Shown here: positions 8,152 through 17,107 of the stretch, one piece after another
Layout: every line of letters starts with the position of its first letter
Position numbering within the stretch: the first letter of the stretch is position 1
Source of the DNA: Polyangia bacterium
GTDB lineage: Bacteria; Myxococcota_A; Polyangia; Fen-1088
NCBI GenBank assembly: GCA_038325725.1
Contig: JBBQJG010000002.1
Coordinates: 1 to 55,547 of the forward strand
Length of the DNA: 55,547 nt
Direction of reading: 5' to 3'
Translations under genes and position numbers: made by a program
Notes under the pieces: model-generated
Seen by the model: only the letters and a program-made list of their open reading frames with translations
Told to the model about the DNA's origin: nothing
The model's database searches: none

Positions 8152-9324
8152 TCAATACGGCATCGTGTAGCCGAGCTGCAGGACGTGCGCGTTGCCGAAG
8201 CTCGTGTTCTGAAAGTAGTGGCCATAAGAGACGTCGAACGTGCCCGCGGCGAGCCACCCGAGCACGGGAACGTCGGTCAGTGCTTCGGCCAACCACACGA
8301 GTTGGACCTCGGGGTACTCGGTCCGCACACGGCCGAGCTTGGGATCGGTGCTGTAGTAGAGCGCGGCCGGCGGATAGCAGCCGGGGCGCCCGAGGGCGTC
8401 GCACCAGAACTGCGCGCGCGACTGGAAGTACTGGCGGTAGGACAGCCGCACCTCGAGCGTGCGCGTGACCGGTTGATAGACGCGCCCTTCGACCATGTGC
8501 GATTGAATTCGCCACGGATCTTCCGCGCCGCGATCGCCTGGTCCGAAGTCGGTGTAGTAGCGGTACGCGAGGCGGAGCGCCGTTTGGGTCGCGGCGACGT
8601 AGTAGGCGAGCCGCCCCGCGACCGCGGCTCTCACGCGCTTGTCGGGGACGACCTCGTAGCCGAAGTTGGGGACCGAGCGGTACAGGTTGCCCTGGAAGCC
8701 TTCGAGGAAGCTGACCTCGGTGGACGATTGCGCGACGAGGTCTTGCGTGACGACCTGCGTGTACGTCAGCCCCAAAAATGACGGCGCGAGGAGTCGCCCC
8801 ACGGCGCCAGAGAAGAGAGGGAAGCCGTTCAGCGAGCACGCCGTGCTCGGCGGCGTCGCGCAGGCGGGCGTCCGGAAGCGCGACGAGATCGTGTCGTGGG
8901 TGAACCCGAGCGACACGCCGACGCGGCCCGTGTCGCCCCAAACGCGACGCGAGAAGCTGAAGGCGACCGCGTGCGACCAGTAATCGGACTCGGCGCTGTA
9001 CCTGTAGCCAACGGTGAAGTCGTTGCGGCTCCAGCGCTTTCGGAGCGCGAGGCCGACTTCGTTGCGTGTTTCGGTGAAGATCGTGTCGGCGGCTGTCCCC
9101 GCCGAGACGGAGGCGGAGGTGATCGTATCGACGAGGAAGTGCGCCTTGACGTCGATGCCTGAATCGTCGTCGCGCTCGACTTCGACCGTTGGTTGAATCA
9201 CGCGCGTCGAGGGCTCGCGGTAATAGGCGCCGCGGAGCGTGACGGTGTCGTCGGCGCGCGCGCCGGCTGCCGTGATCGCCACCGCGACCAGCGCGGACGC
9301 CGCGACGAAGAGCACGTGCCTCAA
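8152..9324 (-). CDS. DUF3570-like outer-membrane beta-barrel protein
   Basis: After a signal peptide (RHVLFVAASALVAVAITAAGARA/DD) the protein shows alternating beta-strand patterns and ends in ...LQLGYTMPY (aromatic C-terminus). The likely start is TTG 9324 (or GTG 9315); TTG 9324 overlaps the stop of the upstream DUF4266-like gene. The longer ORF-track N-terminus is Arg-rich filler. Family assignment is from memory of DUF3570. Confidence 0.7.
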   Translation of the reverse strand: MRHVLFVAASALVAVAITAAGARADDTVTLRGAYYREPSTRVIQPTVEVERDDDSGIDVKAHFLVDTITSASVSAGTAADTIFTETRNEVGLALRKRWSRNDFTVGYRYSAESDYWSHAVAFSFSRRVWGDTGRVGVSLGFTHDTISSRFRTPACATPPSTACSLNGFPLFSGAVGRLLAPSFLGLTYTQVVTQDLVAQSSTEVSFLEGFQGNLYRSVPNFGYEVVPDKRVRAAVAGRLAYYVAATQTALRLAYRYYTDFGPGDRGAEDPWRIQSHMVEGRVYQPVTRTLEVRLSYRQYFQSRAQFWCDALGRPGCYPPAALYYSTDPKLGRVRTEYPEVQLVWLAEALTDVPVLGWLAAGTFDVSYGHYFQNTSFGNAHVLQLGYTMPY

Positions 9325-9605
9325 TTGCAGCCGCAGCCCCCGCCGGGCTCGCCGAAGCCGAGGTCGCTCCCCTCTCGCGCGCCGAGCCAGTGCTGTCGAA
9401 AGCGATCCTCTGCGAGCTCGCCCGGTTGATCGAAGCGCATGCCGCGCTTCGCGAGATGCTCGCGTTGCCACGGCCGCACGGGCGGCTGCCGGTGGGCGCA
9501 TCCCGATGACGTGACGACGAGGCCGAGACCGACGCAGAGGCCGAAGACGACGAGCGTCCGGGAGACGAGCCGTGCCGCGCGGCGAGGCGGACGCAGGCGT
9601 GACAT
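9321..9605 (-). CDS. DUF4266-like small lipoprotein
   Basis: ATG 9605. Lipoprotein signal (LVVFGLCVGLGLVVTSSGC). The C-terminus ends ...GEPGGGCGCN, which is the GCGC signature of DUF4266. It is paired with DUF3570 as in other genomes (from memory). Confidence 0.7.
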   Translation of the reverse strand: MSRLRPPRRAARLVSRTLVVFGLCVGLGLVVTSSGCAHRQPPVRPWQREHLAKRGMRFDQPGELAEDRFRQHWLGAREGSDLGFGEPGGGCGCN

Positions 9606-9692
9606 GCGGCCGTTTGTAACACATCGCCGCCGCCGCGCCGGACGCCGAAGCGGTCGCTTTTCGCACCGGCGTCGCGGGTACAATGCCGCCCC

Positions 9693-10418
9693 ATGGGCGG
9701 TCCCACGAGCTACCTGGTCCTCGACATCGAGACGATTCCCGACCCCGAGCTGTACACGGCGCCGGAGGCGAGCAGCGGCGTCGAGCGCCCGTTCCCGCCG
9801 CTATACGCCTGTCGCCCCATCGTCCTCGGCGTCATGTGGTTCGACGAGACGCTCGCCATCAAGCGCATCGGCACGATCGGCGAAGGCAAGGACGAGGCGG
9901 GCATGATGGAGGACTTCGCCGACTTCATGACGAAATTCCGTCCGCACGTCGTCACGTGGAACGGTCGCGGGTTCGACCTCCCCGTGCTCGCGCTGCGGGC
10001 GCTGCGCTTCGGGCTCGACTTCAACTGGTACTACCGGGGCGAAGGCTACCGCTATCGCTTCAGCGAGGACGGGCACCTCGATCTCGGCGACGTCCTGTCC
10101 GACCACGGCGCCGCGCGCATGACGTCGCTCGACGGCGCGGCCCGCCTCATCGGGCTGCCGGGCAAGGACGGCATCGATGGCAGCCAGGTCGAGGGGCTCT
10201 TTCATGCCGGGCAGATCGAGGCGCTGCGGGCCTACTGCTTGTCCGACGTCGCACAGACGGCGTTCTTGTTCCTGCGCTACCGGCTCGTCTCGGGCAGCAT
10301 CGATCGGGACGCTTACCGCCGCGCGGCCACGGGCCTGTTGGCGGCGATGGAGGCCGACGGCCGCTTCGGGCGTTTGCTCGGCGCCGTCGAGCGCCCACGG
10401 CTCTTGCTCGGGGAGTGA
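9693..10418 (+). CDS. DEDDy-type 3'-5' exonuclease related to the PolB exonuclease domain (RNase H-like fold)
   Basis: Exo I: LVLDIETIPD. Exo II: VTWNGRGFDLPVL. Exo III: YCLSDVAQTAFLF. 241-aa ORF. Confidence 0.75.
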   Translation: MGGPTSYLVLDIETIPDPELYTAPEASSGVERPFPPLYACRPIVLGVMWFDETLAIKRIGTIGEGKDEAGMMEDFADFMTKFRPHVVTWNGRGFDLPVLALRALRFGLDFNWYYRGEGYRYRFSEDGHLDLGDVLSDHGAARMTSLDGAARLIGLPGKDGIDGSQVEGLFHAGQIEALRAYCLSDVAQTAFLFLRYRLVSGSIDRDAYRRAATGLLAAMEADGRFGRLLGAVERPRLLLGE

Positions 10419-10420
10419 GC

Positions 10421-11017
10421 GTGACGCGGTTGGTGCCGCTTCCCCGCGCCTTCTACGCGCGGCCGACCGAGCTCGTCGCCCGTGAGCTCGTCGGGAAGAT
10501 CATCGTGCGCCGACGCGCCGGCGGCGAGCAGCGGGCGCGCATCGTCGAGGTCGAGGCCTACTTGGGCGAGCGCGACGCGGCCTCCCATGCGCGGCGGGGG
10601 CCGACGCCGCGCGCGGCGATCATGTTCGGCCCGCCCGGCCACCTGTACGTCTATCTCGTGTACGGCATGCACCACTGTATGAACTTCGTCACCGAGATCG
10701 ACGGCAAGGCGGGCGCGGTGCTCATCAGGGCCGCCGAGCCGATCGGGTCCACGGATTTCGCCGCGCCCTTCCCTTTGCGCGGTCCCGGCAAGCTGTGCGC
10801 CGGACTCGGTGTCACGCGGGCCGAAACCGGCCTCGACCTGACGACGCAGGGCGCGCTCTTCGTCGTCGACGAAGGCGCGCCGGCCCCTCGCCTTTCGCGG
10901 TCGCGCCGCATCGGCGTCGACTACGCGGGAACCTGGGCGGCCCGACGTCTGCGCTTCTTCGTGCCGCGGAATCCCCACGTCTCGGGGGGCGCGCTCAAAC
11001 CCTCAAGGAGAGCTTGA
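10421..11017 (+). CDS. mpg: DNA-3-methyladenine glycosylase (AAG/Mpg family)
   Basis: GTG 10421 lies 2 nt after the exonuclease stop codon. Family-typical blocks: ELVGKIIV, RIVEVEAYLGERDAASHARRGPTPR, MFGPPGHLYVYLVYGMHHCMNFV, AVLIRAAEP. Confidence 0.85.
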   Translation: MTRLVPLPRAFYARPTELVARELVGKIIVRRRAGGEQRARIVEVEAYLGERDAASHARRGPTPRAAIMFGPPGHLYVYLVYGMHHCMNFVTEIDGKAGAVLIRAAEPIGSTDFAAPFPLRGPGKLCAGLGVTRAETGLDLTTQGALFVVDEGAPAPRLSRSRRIGVDYAGTWAARRLRFFVPRNPHVSGGALKPSRRA

Positions 11018-11512
11018 AGGTCTGTCGGCCGCCGCACCCGCCACCTGGCGCTTTCGCACCTCGCGCTCGAGCGACGCGAACATGTTGGGCAGCGAAGCCG
11101 AGACGAGCCCGTCGGTCACCTTGCGCAGCACGAAGCCCGGCAGGGGCGCGCGTACGTCGATGCTCGCGACGTACTCGACATCGGTTCCGTCGCCCGCCGC
11201 CGTGAAGCGCCACCCGCCCTTCGAGCCCGTCACGACCTCGCCCTCGACGTAGGTCCAGTCGACGGTGAGCGGCGCGGCGGGATCCGCGGGCGCGCCCACG
11301 CACGAAAGGTCGAGGACGTAGCGAATCGGCAGCACCATGTGGGCGCGGAATTCGACGCGCATGACGGCGCCCGTTGCGGACAGCACGCGGGCTTCCTTGA
11401 GCTCGGGGAACAGGCGCGGGTAGGACGGGAAGTCGACGACGACGTCGTATACGTCCCGCGGCGTGGCGCGCGGGAGGTGCTGCCGTCGGCGGACAGGCTC
11501 GCGGGAGTCCAT
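11003..11512 (-). CDS. SRPBCC (START/polyketide-cyclase-like) family protein
   Basis: ATG 11512 (MDSREPV...). DVYDVVVDFPSYPRLFPELKE... is typical of Polyketide_cyc2/COQ10-like folds. The 3' end overlaps mpg convergently by 15 nt. Confidence 0.6.
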   Translation of the reverse strand: MDSREPVRRRQHLPRATPRDVYDVVVDFPSYPRLFPELKEARVLSATGAVMRVEFRAHMVLPIRYVLDLSCVGAPADPAAPLTVDWTYVEGEVVTGSKGGWRFTAAGDGTDVEYVASIDVRAPLPGFVLRKVTDGLVSASLPNMFASLEREVRKRQVAGAAADRPSSSP

Positions 11513-11558
11513 GGCGGACGGAGTATGACCTATTTGACCGCCGCCGCCGCCGCCGCTT

Positions 11559-14210
11559 ATGGTGAAAAACCCCTCGACCATGGCTCAACCCTTCGCGCTC
11601 CCTGGAACCCGTACCAACTTCACGGCCGATCGCTCGCTGCGCGTCGTGCACGTCCGGCTCGACCTGGACCTCGACTTGCCGGGCAAGCGCCTCGCCGGCG
11701 TTGCGACGCTCACGCTCGCGGCGCGGCGCGACCAGCTCGCCGTGGTCACGCTCGACGCCGTCGAGATGGACATCGAGGGCGTCGCCGTCGACGGCGAGCC
11801 CGCCGCGTTCTTCTACGACGGCGAGCGGCTGCGCGTGACGTGCGCGCATCCGTACGCCAAGGACGCCGAGCTGCGCGTCGAGGTCCGCTATCGCTGCTCC
11901 CCGCGCCGGGGCCTGTATTTCATGGGCCCCGACGAAGGGCACCCGGATCGTCCGCTCCAGTGCTGGACGCAGGGACAGGATGACGACTCCCGCCACTACT
12001 GGCCGTGCATCGACCACCCGATCGAGAAGTTCACGTCCGAGGTCATCTGCACGGCGCCCGCGGGGCTGTTCGTGCTGTCGAACGGCGACCTGCGCGAGCG
12101 GCGCGAGCTGCCCGCCGAGAAGGGAACCAAGACGGGCGCGCGCACGCGCTGGCACTACTTCCTCGATTTTCCGCAGCCCTCCTACCTGCTGACGCTCGTC
12201 TGCGGCCCCTTCGTCGAGCTGCGCGACAAGGCGCCCAAGACGGGCGTCGACGTCTATTACTACGCGGCGCCGGGCCGGCAAGACGACGCGCGCCGCAGCC
12301 TCGCGCGCACGCCCGCGATGATCGACTACTTCTCGGAGCGCATCGGCGTCCCCTATCCGCACAAGCGCTACAGCCAAATTTGCGTGCCCGACTTCATCTT
12401 CGGCGGCATGGAGAACACCAGCGCGACGACGCTCACCGAGCTGGCGCTCGTCGACGAGCGCGCGGCGCTCGACCACGACGTCGACGGCCTCGTGTCGCAC
12501 GAGCTGGCCCATCAGTGGTGGGGCGATCTCGTGACCTGCCGCGAGTGGTCGGAAGGTTGGCTCAACGAGGGCTTCGCGACCTACTTCGAGTACGTGTGGC
12601 GTGAGCACGCCAAGGGTCGCGACGAGGCCGACATCGAGCAGCTCAACGACACCGAGGGCTATCTGTCCGAGGCCGGTCGCTACCAGCGCCCCGTCGTGTG
12701 CCGCCAGTACGAAGAGCCGATTCACCTCTTCGACGCGCACCTGTACGACAAGGGCGGCCGCGTGCTGCACATGCTCCGCCACGAGCTCGGCGAAGACCTA
12801 TTCTTCCGCGCGCTCGGCCACTACGCGCGCACGCACGCCAAGGGCTCCGTCGAAACGCGCGATTTGTCGCGCGCCCTCGAGCACGTCGCGGGCCGCAGCT
12901 TCGACGAGTTCCTCGACCGCTGGATCGCCAAGCCGGGTCATCCGGAGCTCGAGTGCGCGTGGGAGTGGGACGAGGATCGCAAGGTCGGCACGCTGCGCGT
13001 CGCGCAGAAGCAGGCCATCAACGCGGACGCGCCTCTTTTCAAGTTCAAGACGCGCGTGCGTTTCGAGATCGAAGGGCAGGAACGCGACGAAGCGGTGAAT
13101 ATCACCGAGGCGACGCACGCCTTCGAGCTGAAGCTGCCGGCGCGTCCCACGCAGGTCGTGCTCGATCCGGGCGACGTCATCCTCAAGACGGTGAAGTTCG
13201 AGAAGCCGCGCCCGCTGTGGCGGCGGCAGCTCGAGGCGGCGCGCCTCGGCATCGACCGCGTCCTCGCGGCGAACGCCCTCGCGGGCATCGTCGAGCCGGC
13301 GTCAGTCGAGGCGCTCGCGGGCGCGATGCGCCGCGATTCATTTTGGGCGGTTCGGGTCGCGGCGACGCGCGCCCTCGGACGCATGCGGCGCGATGACGCT
13401 CTCGCAGCCGTCTTGGGCGCCTTCGACGACGCGCACCCGAAGGTGCGCCGCGCGGCGGCCGCCGCCCTCGGCGAGTGGCGCGGCGACGAGCGCGCCGCGC
13501 ACGCTCTCGCGACGCGGCTTCAAAAAGGCGACCCCAGCGTGTTCGTCGAGGCCGAAGCGGCGCTCGCGCTCGGGCGCACGCGCTCGCCTCTCGCGCTCGA
13601 GATCCTGCCGACGCTGTTCGAGCGCCCCGCGTTTCAAGACCTCTTGCGCACGCGCGCCATCGAGGGCCTCGGCGCGTCGGGCCAGGAACGCGCGCTCGGC
13701 CTCATCAAGGGCGCGTGGCGGCGCGCGGGCGCGGGTGTGTACCTCGCGCGCCGGGCCGTCGTCGTCGCCGCGGCCGAGTTGTGCGCGGGCACGGCGCAGG
13801 CGCGCGCCGCGCGCGAGCTCATCGAAGACTGCCTCCTCGATCCGGACTTCCGCGTGCGCGGCGAGGCGTCGGCGCAGCTCGCGCGCCTGGGAATGCCCGA
13901 GGCGATCCCCGCGATCGAACGCACCCTCGCCGCCGAGCTCGATGGCCGCTCGCGGCGACGCATGGGCGACGCCCTCCGCACGCTGCGCGACGGCGTCCGG
14001 CCGGCCGAGCAGGTCCGGCAGCTCCGCGACGAGCTCGATCGCCTGCGAGGCGATCAGTCTCGTCTGCGGGAGCGTCTCGAAAAGCTCGAAGCGCGGGGGA
14101 ATTCAACGCCACCGGCGCGCGGCGGCCCTCCCCCGGCACCGGCGCCCAAGGCGAAGCGGCCGCGCCCCGTCGTGCGACGCCGCTCGGGACGCCCCCCCGT
14201 CCGACGCTGA
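11559..14210 (+). CDS. pepN: M1 family aminopeptidase (aminopeptidase N-like) with C-terminal HEAT/ARM-like repeats and a basic tail
   Basis: GGMENTSATT (GxMEN) and HELAHQWWGDLVTCREWSEGWLNEGFATY (HExxH-x18-E). The C-terminal repeats read RVAATRALG/KVRRAAAAALG. The start is ATG 11559 or ATG 11580. Confidence 0.9.
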   Translation: MVKNPSTMAQPFALPGTRTNFTADRSLRVVHVRLDLDLDLPGKRLAGVATLTLAARRDQLAVVTLDAVEMDIEGVAVDGEPAAFFYDGERLRVTCAHPYAKDAELRVEVRYRCSPRRGLYFMGPDEGHPDRPLQCWTQGQDDDSRHYWPCIDHPIEKFTSEVICTAPAGLFVLSNGDLRERRELPAEKGTKTGARTRWHYFLDFPQPSYLLTLVCGPFVELRDKAPKTGVDVYYYAAPGRQDDARRSLARTPAMIDYFSERIGVPYPHKRYSQICVPDFIFGGMENTSATTLTELALVDERAALDHDVDGLVSHELAHQWWGDLVTCREWSEGWLNEGFATYFEYVWREHAKGRDEADIEQLNDTEGYLSEAGRYQRPVVCRQYEEPIHLFDAHLYDKGGRVLHMLRHELGEDLFFRALGHYARTHAKGSVETRDLSRALEHVAGRSFDEFLDRWIAKPGHPELECAWEWDEDRKVGTLRVAQKQAINADAPLFKFKTRVRFEIEGQERDEAVNITEATHAFELKLPARPTQVVLDPGDVILKTVKFEKPRPLWRRQLEAARLGIDRVLAANALAGIVEPASVEALAGAMRRDSFWAVRVAATRALGRMRRDDALAAVLGAFDDAHPKVRRAAAAALGEWRGDERAAHALATRLQKGDPSVFVEAEAALALGRTRSPLALEILPTLFERPAFQDLLRTRAIEGLGASGQERALGLIKGAWRRAGAGVYLARRAVVVAAAELCAGTAQARAARELIEDCLLDPDFRVRGEASAQLARLGMPEAIPAIERTLAAELDGRSRRRMGDALRTLRDGVRPAEQVRQLRDELDRLRGDQSRLRERLEKLEARGNSTPPARGGPPPAPAPKAKRPRPVVRRRSGRPPVRR

Positions 14211-14232
14211 TTCCGCCGCTGACCTCGGGCGC

Positions 14233-15192
14233 TCAGCCGGTCTGCAGCTCGGTCACGATCTCGCGCGCGACCTCGCGGGCGCGATCGATCTCGGCCGCGG
14301 GCATCGACACGGCGCCGACGACCGGATGGCCACCCCCACCGTAGCGCTCGCAGATCTTGCTAATGTCGTGCGTGCGCGGCACGCGCGCCCACGGATTCGA
14401 GCCCACTGAGATCTTCGCGCGCGCGCCCACCGTCAGGCCCACCGAATAGCGGGCGTCGGGGAAGACGTAATACGAGATGAACTTGTTGAACGCGCCGATC
14501 GCGCTGTTGCCCAGATCGAAGAACGTCACGCCCCCGTCCAGCTTCGCGACCTTGCGGATCGCCTCGATGTTGCGCGTGTGCTGTTCGAGCACGGGGACGA
14601 GCGGCTCCGCGACGTACTCGTCAGCGGCGATCTCGGCGAGCGGCCGCGCCACGAGGTCCGCGATGAACCGCTCGGCCGTGGCGGTGTCGCGATTGTTCTC
14701 GATGAACGTCATGAGGCGCAGCGCGGGCTCCTTGAGCTCGACGGCCATCTTCGCCGACGGAAAGAGCGCTCCGTCGACGATCTCCGCCCACTCGATGAGC
14801 TCGGCGAGCGGCGCCGTGTCGAAGCCGAACTTCGCGGCGACGGTGTCGGCGAGGAACTTCGTGCAGCTTTTTGCAGCCGGATCGTAAAACTTCCGGCCCG
14901 TGGCATCGGCGCGGAAGTGCGCCTCGTCGCCCGAGACCTGGAACGCAGACGCGTGGTGATCGAACCACCACGACAGTCGCGGGTCCTGCGAATAGCGAAA
15001 ATCGACGCACGCGTTCTCGTCGCCGTCGAACACGTCGGCGGGAAATGCCTGTGCGTCGCCCTTGTGCTCCATGGGGCGATAGACGATCTCGACCGGACCC
15101 TTCGCAACGCACTCCCGATAAAAACGCGTGAAGAGGCCAGCGCTGCTGCACCCATCAAAACAGTTGCCGTGATAAAGGACGCGCAAACGCAC
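14233..15192 (-). CDS. DHH/DHHA1 family phosphoesterase
   Basis: N-terminal YHGNCFDGCSSA, a DHH motif (WWFDHHAS) and a C-terminal GGGGHPVVGA (DHHA1 GGGH motif). Confidence 0.75.
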   Translation of the reverse strand: MRLRVLYHGNCFDGCSSAGLFTRFYRECVAKGPVEIVYRPMEHKGDAQAFPADVFDGDENACVDFRYSQDPRLSWWFDHHASAFQVSGDEAHFRADATGRKFYDPAAKSCTKFLADTVAAKFGFDTAPLAELIEWAEIVDGALFPSAKMAVELKEPALRLMTFIENNRDTATAERFIADLVARPLAEIAADEYVAEPLVPVLEQHTRNIEAIRKVAKLDGGVTFFDLGNSAIGAFNKFISYYVFPDARYSVGLTVGARAKISVGSNPWARVPRTHDISKICERYGGGGHPVVGAVSMPAAEIDRAREVAREIVTELQTG

Positions 15193-15305
15193 GATCTCAC
15201 GTTAGGTGAGGGTCCGCGCGAGGGCAAGCCCCCAACTCGGGCCCTCTTGCGATGCGCGCACCGCGGACTCGCCCGCGCGCCTGGGAGCATATACAGTGTC
15301 ACGCC

Positions 15306-17099
15306 ATGCCCGAGTTCCTGACAGACCTGAAGCGATCTCATGACTGTGGCGCGCTCCGCGCCGCCGACGCCGGCAAGCGCGTCGTGCTCTTCGGTTGGGT
15401 GGCGTCGCGCCGCGATCACGGCGGCCTCGTCTTCATCGACCTTCGCGACCGCGCCGGCATCACGCAGATCGCCTTCGAGCCCGATCAAAGCGCCGAAGCG
15501 TTCGCGCTCGCGGGCGAGCTGCGCAACGAGTTCTGCATCGGCGTGACCGGCACCGTCGCCGAGCGCGGCGGCAAGAAGAACCCCAACCTCGCGACGGGCG
15601 AGATCGAGATCAAGGCGGACGCGCTCACGATCTTCTCGCGCGCCGAGACGCCGCCCTTCGAGATCACCGACCAGACGCTCGCGGGCGAGTCGGTGCGCCT
15701 CAAACACCGTTACCTCGATCTGCGTCGCCCCGCGCTGCAGAAGAACTTCCTCGTGCGGTCGACGATCTATCAGACGACGCGCCGGTACCTTTCGCAAAAT
15801 GGCTTCGCCGAGATCGAGACGCCCTTCATGGTGAAGTACACGCCCGGCGGCGCGCGCAACTTCCTCGTGCCGTCGCGCCAGAACCCCGGACAGTTCTACG
15901 CTCTCGCAGAGAGCCCGCAGATCTTCAAGCAGCTCTTCATGTGCTCGGGCTTCGATCGCTACTTCCAGATCGTCCGCTGCTTCCGCGACGAGGACCTGCG
16001 CCTGGACCGCCAGCCCGAGTTCACGCAGATCGATCTCGAGATGAGCTTCGTCGTCGAAGAGGACGTTCAAGGCATCATCGAGGGCCTCGCGGCGTCGCTG
16101 TGGAAGGACGTCCTGGGCATGGAGCTCACGCTGCCCCTGCCGCGTCTCACGTACGCGGACGCCATCGGCAAGTACGGCTCCGACAAGCCCGACCTCCGCT
16201 TCGAGCTGCCGCTCGTCGATCTCACGGCGGCCTGCCGCGCGCACGATGGCGGCGGCGTCGGTCTCATTGCCGGCGCGCTCAAGACGCCGTCGGCGATCGT
16301 CAAGGCGTGGCGGCTGCCCGCGGCGAACGCCGCCAAGCTCGCGCGCTCGGACCTCGACAAGCTCGAGGAGTTCGCCAAGGGCTTCGGCGCGGGAGGTCTC
16401 GCGCGCGCGCGCATCGGCGCCGGGGGCGCGTGGACGCAGACGCCCATGAAGACGATCACCGACGACCTACGGACCGCGATCAACGCCGCCGCGGGCGCCG
16501 AGGAAGGCGACTTGCTGTTCCTGCAGTTCGGCGCGAAGAAGCTCGTCAACACAGTGCTCGGCGCGCTGCGCCTGCACGTCGCGGGCAAGCTCGAGCTCAT
16601 CCCGAAGAACACCTGGAGCTTCGTCTGGGTGACCGACTTCCCGCTGTTCGAGGTCGGTGACGACGGCCATCTCGCCGCCGCGCACCACCCGTTCACGTCG
16701 CCGCACCCCGAAGATCTCGAGCGCCTCGAGAGCGATCCGGGTTCGGTGCGCGCGCGCGCCTACGATCTCACGCTCAACGGCAACGAGATCGCGGGCGGCT
16801 CGATCCGAATCCACCGACCCGACGTGCAGGCGCGCGTCTTCCGCGCGCTCGGCCTCAGCGACGCCGACGCCAACGCGAAGTTCGGCTTTCTCCTCGAAGC
16901 CTTCAAGTACGGCCCCCCGCCCCACGGCGGCATCGCGGCCGGCGTCGATCGCCTCGCGATGCTCCTGTGCGGCGCCGAATCGCTTCGCGACGTCATCGCC
17001 TTTCCGAAGACGCAAAAAGGCACCGATCTCATGACCGACGCCCCGTCGGGCGTGTCGAAGCGTCAGCTCGACGAGCTTCACATCGCCCTCAAGGAGTGA
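15306..17099 (+). CDS. aspS: Aspartate--tRNA ligase
   Basis: ATG 15306 (MPEFLTDLKRSHDCG...). Class II motifs: FRDEDLRLDRQPEFTQID, the GGSIRIH loop, and GIAAGVDRLAML. Length about 597 aa. Confidence 0.95.
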   Translation: MPEFLTDLKRSHDCGALRAADAGKRVVLFGWVASRRDHGGLVFIDLRDRAGITQIAFEPDQSAEAFALAGELRNEFCIGVTGTVAERGGKKNPNLATGEIEIKADALTIFSRAETPPFEITDQTLAGESVRLKHRYLDLRRPALQKNFLVRSTIYQTTRRYLSQNGFAEIETPFMVKYTPGGARNFLVPSRQNPGQFYALAESPQIFKQLFMCSGFDRYFQIVRCFRDEDLRLDRQPEFTQIDLEMSFVVEEDVQGIIEGLAASLWKDVLGMELTLPLPRLTYADAIGKYGSDKPDLRFELPLVDLTAACRAHDGGGVGLIAGALKTPSAIVKAWRLPAANAAKLARSDLDKLEEFAKGFGAGGLARARIGAGGAWTQTPMKTITDDLRTAINAAAGAEEGDLLFLQFGAKKLVNTVLGALRLHVAGKLELIPKNTWSFVWVTDFPLFEVGDDGHLAAAHHPFTSPHPEDLERLESDPGSVRARAYDLTLNGNEIAGGSIRIHRPDVQARVFRALGLSDADANAKFGFLLEAFKYGPPPHGGIAAGVDRLAMLLCGAESLRDVIAFPKTQKGTDLMTDAPSGVSKRQLDELHIALKE

Positions 17100-17107
17100 C
17101 GGAAGCG

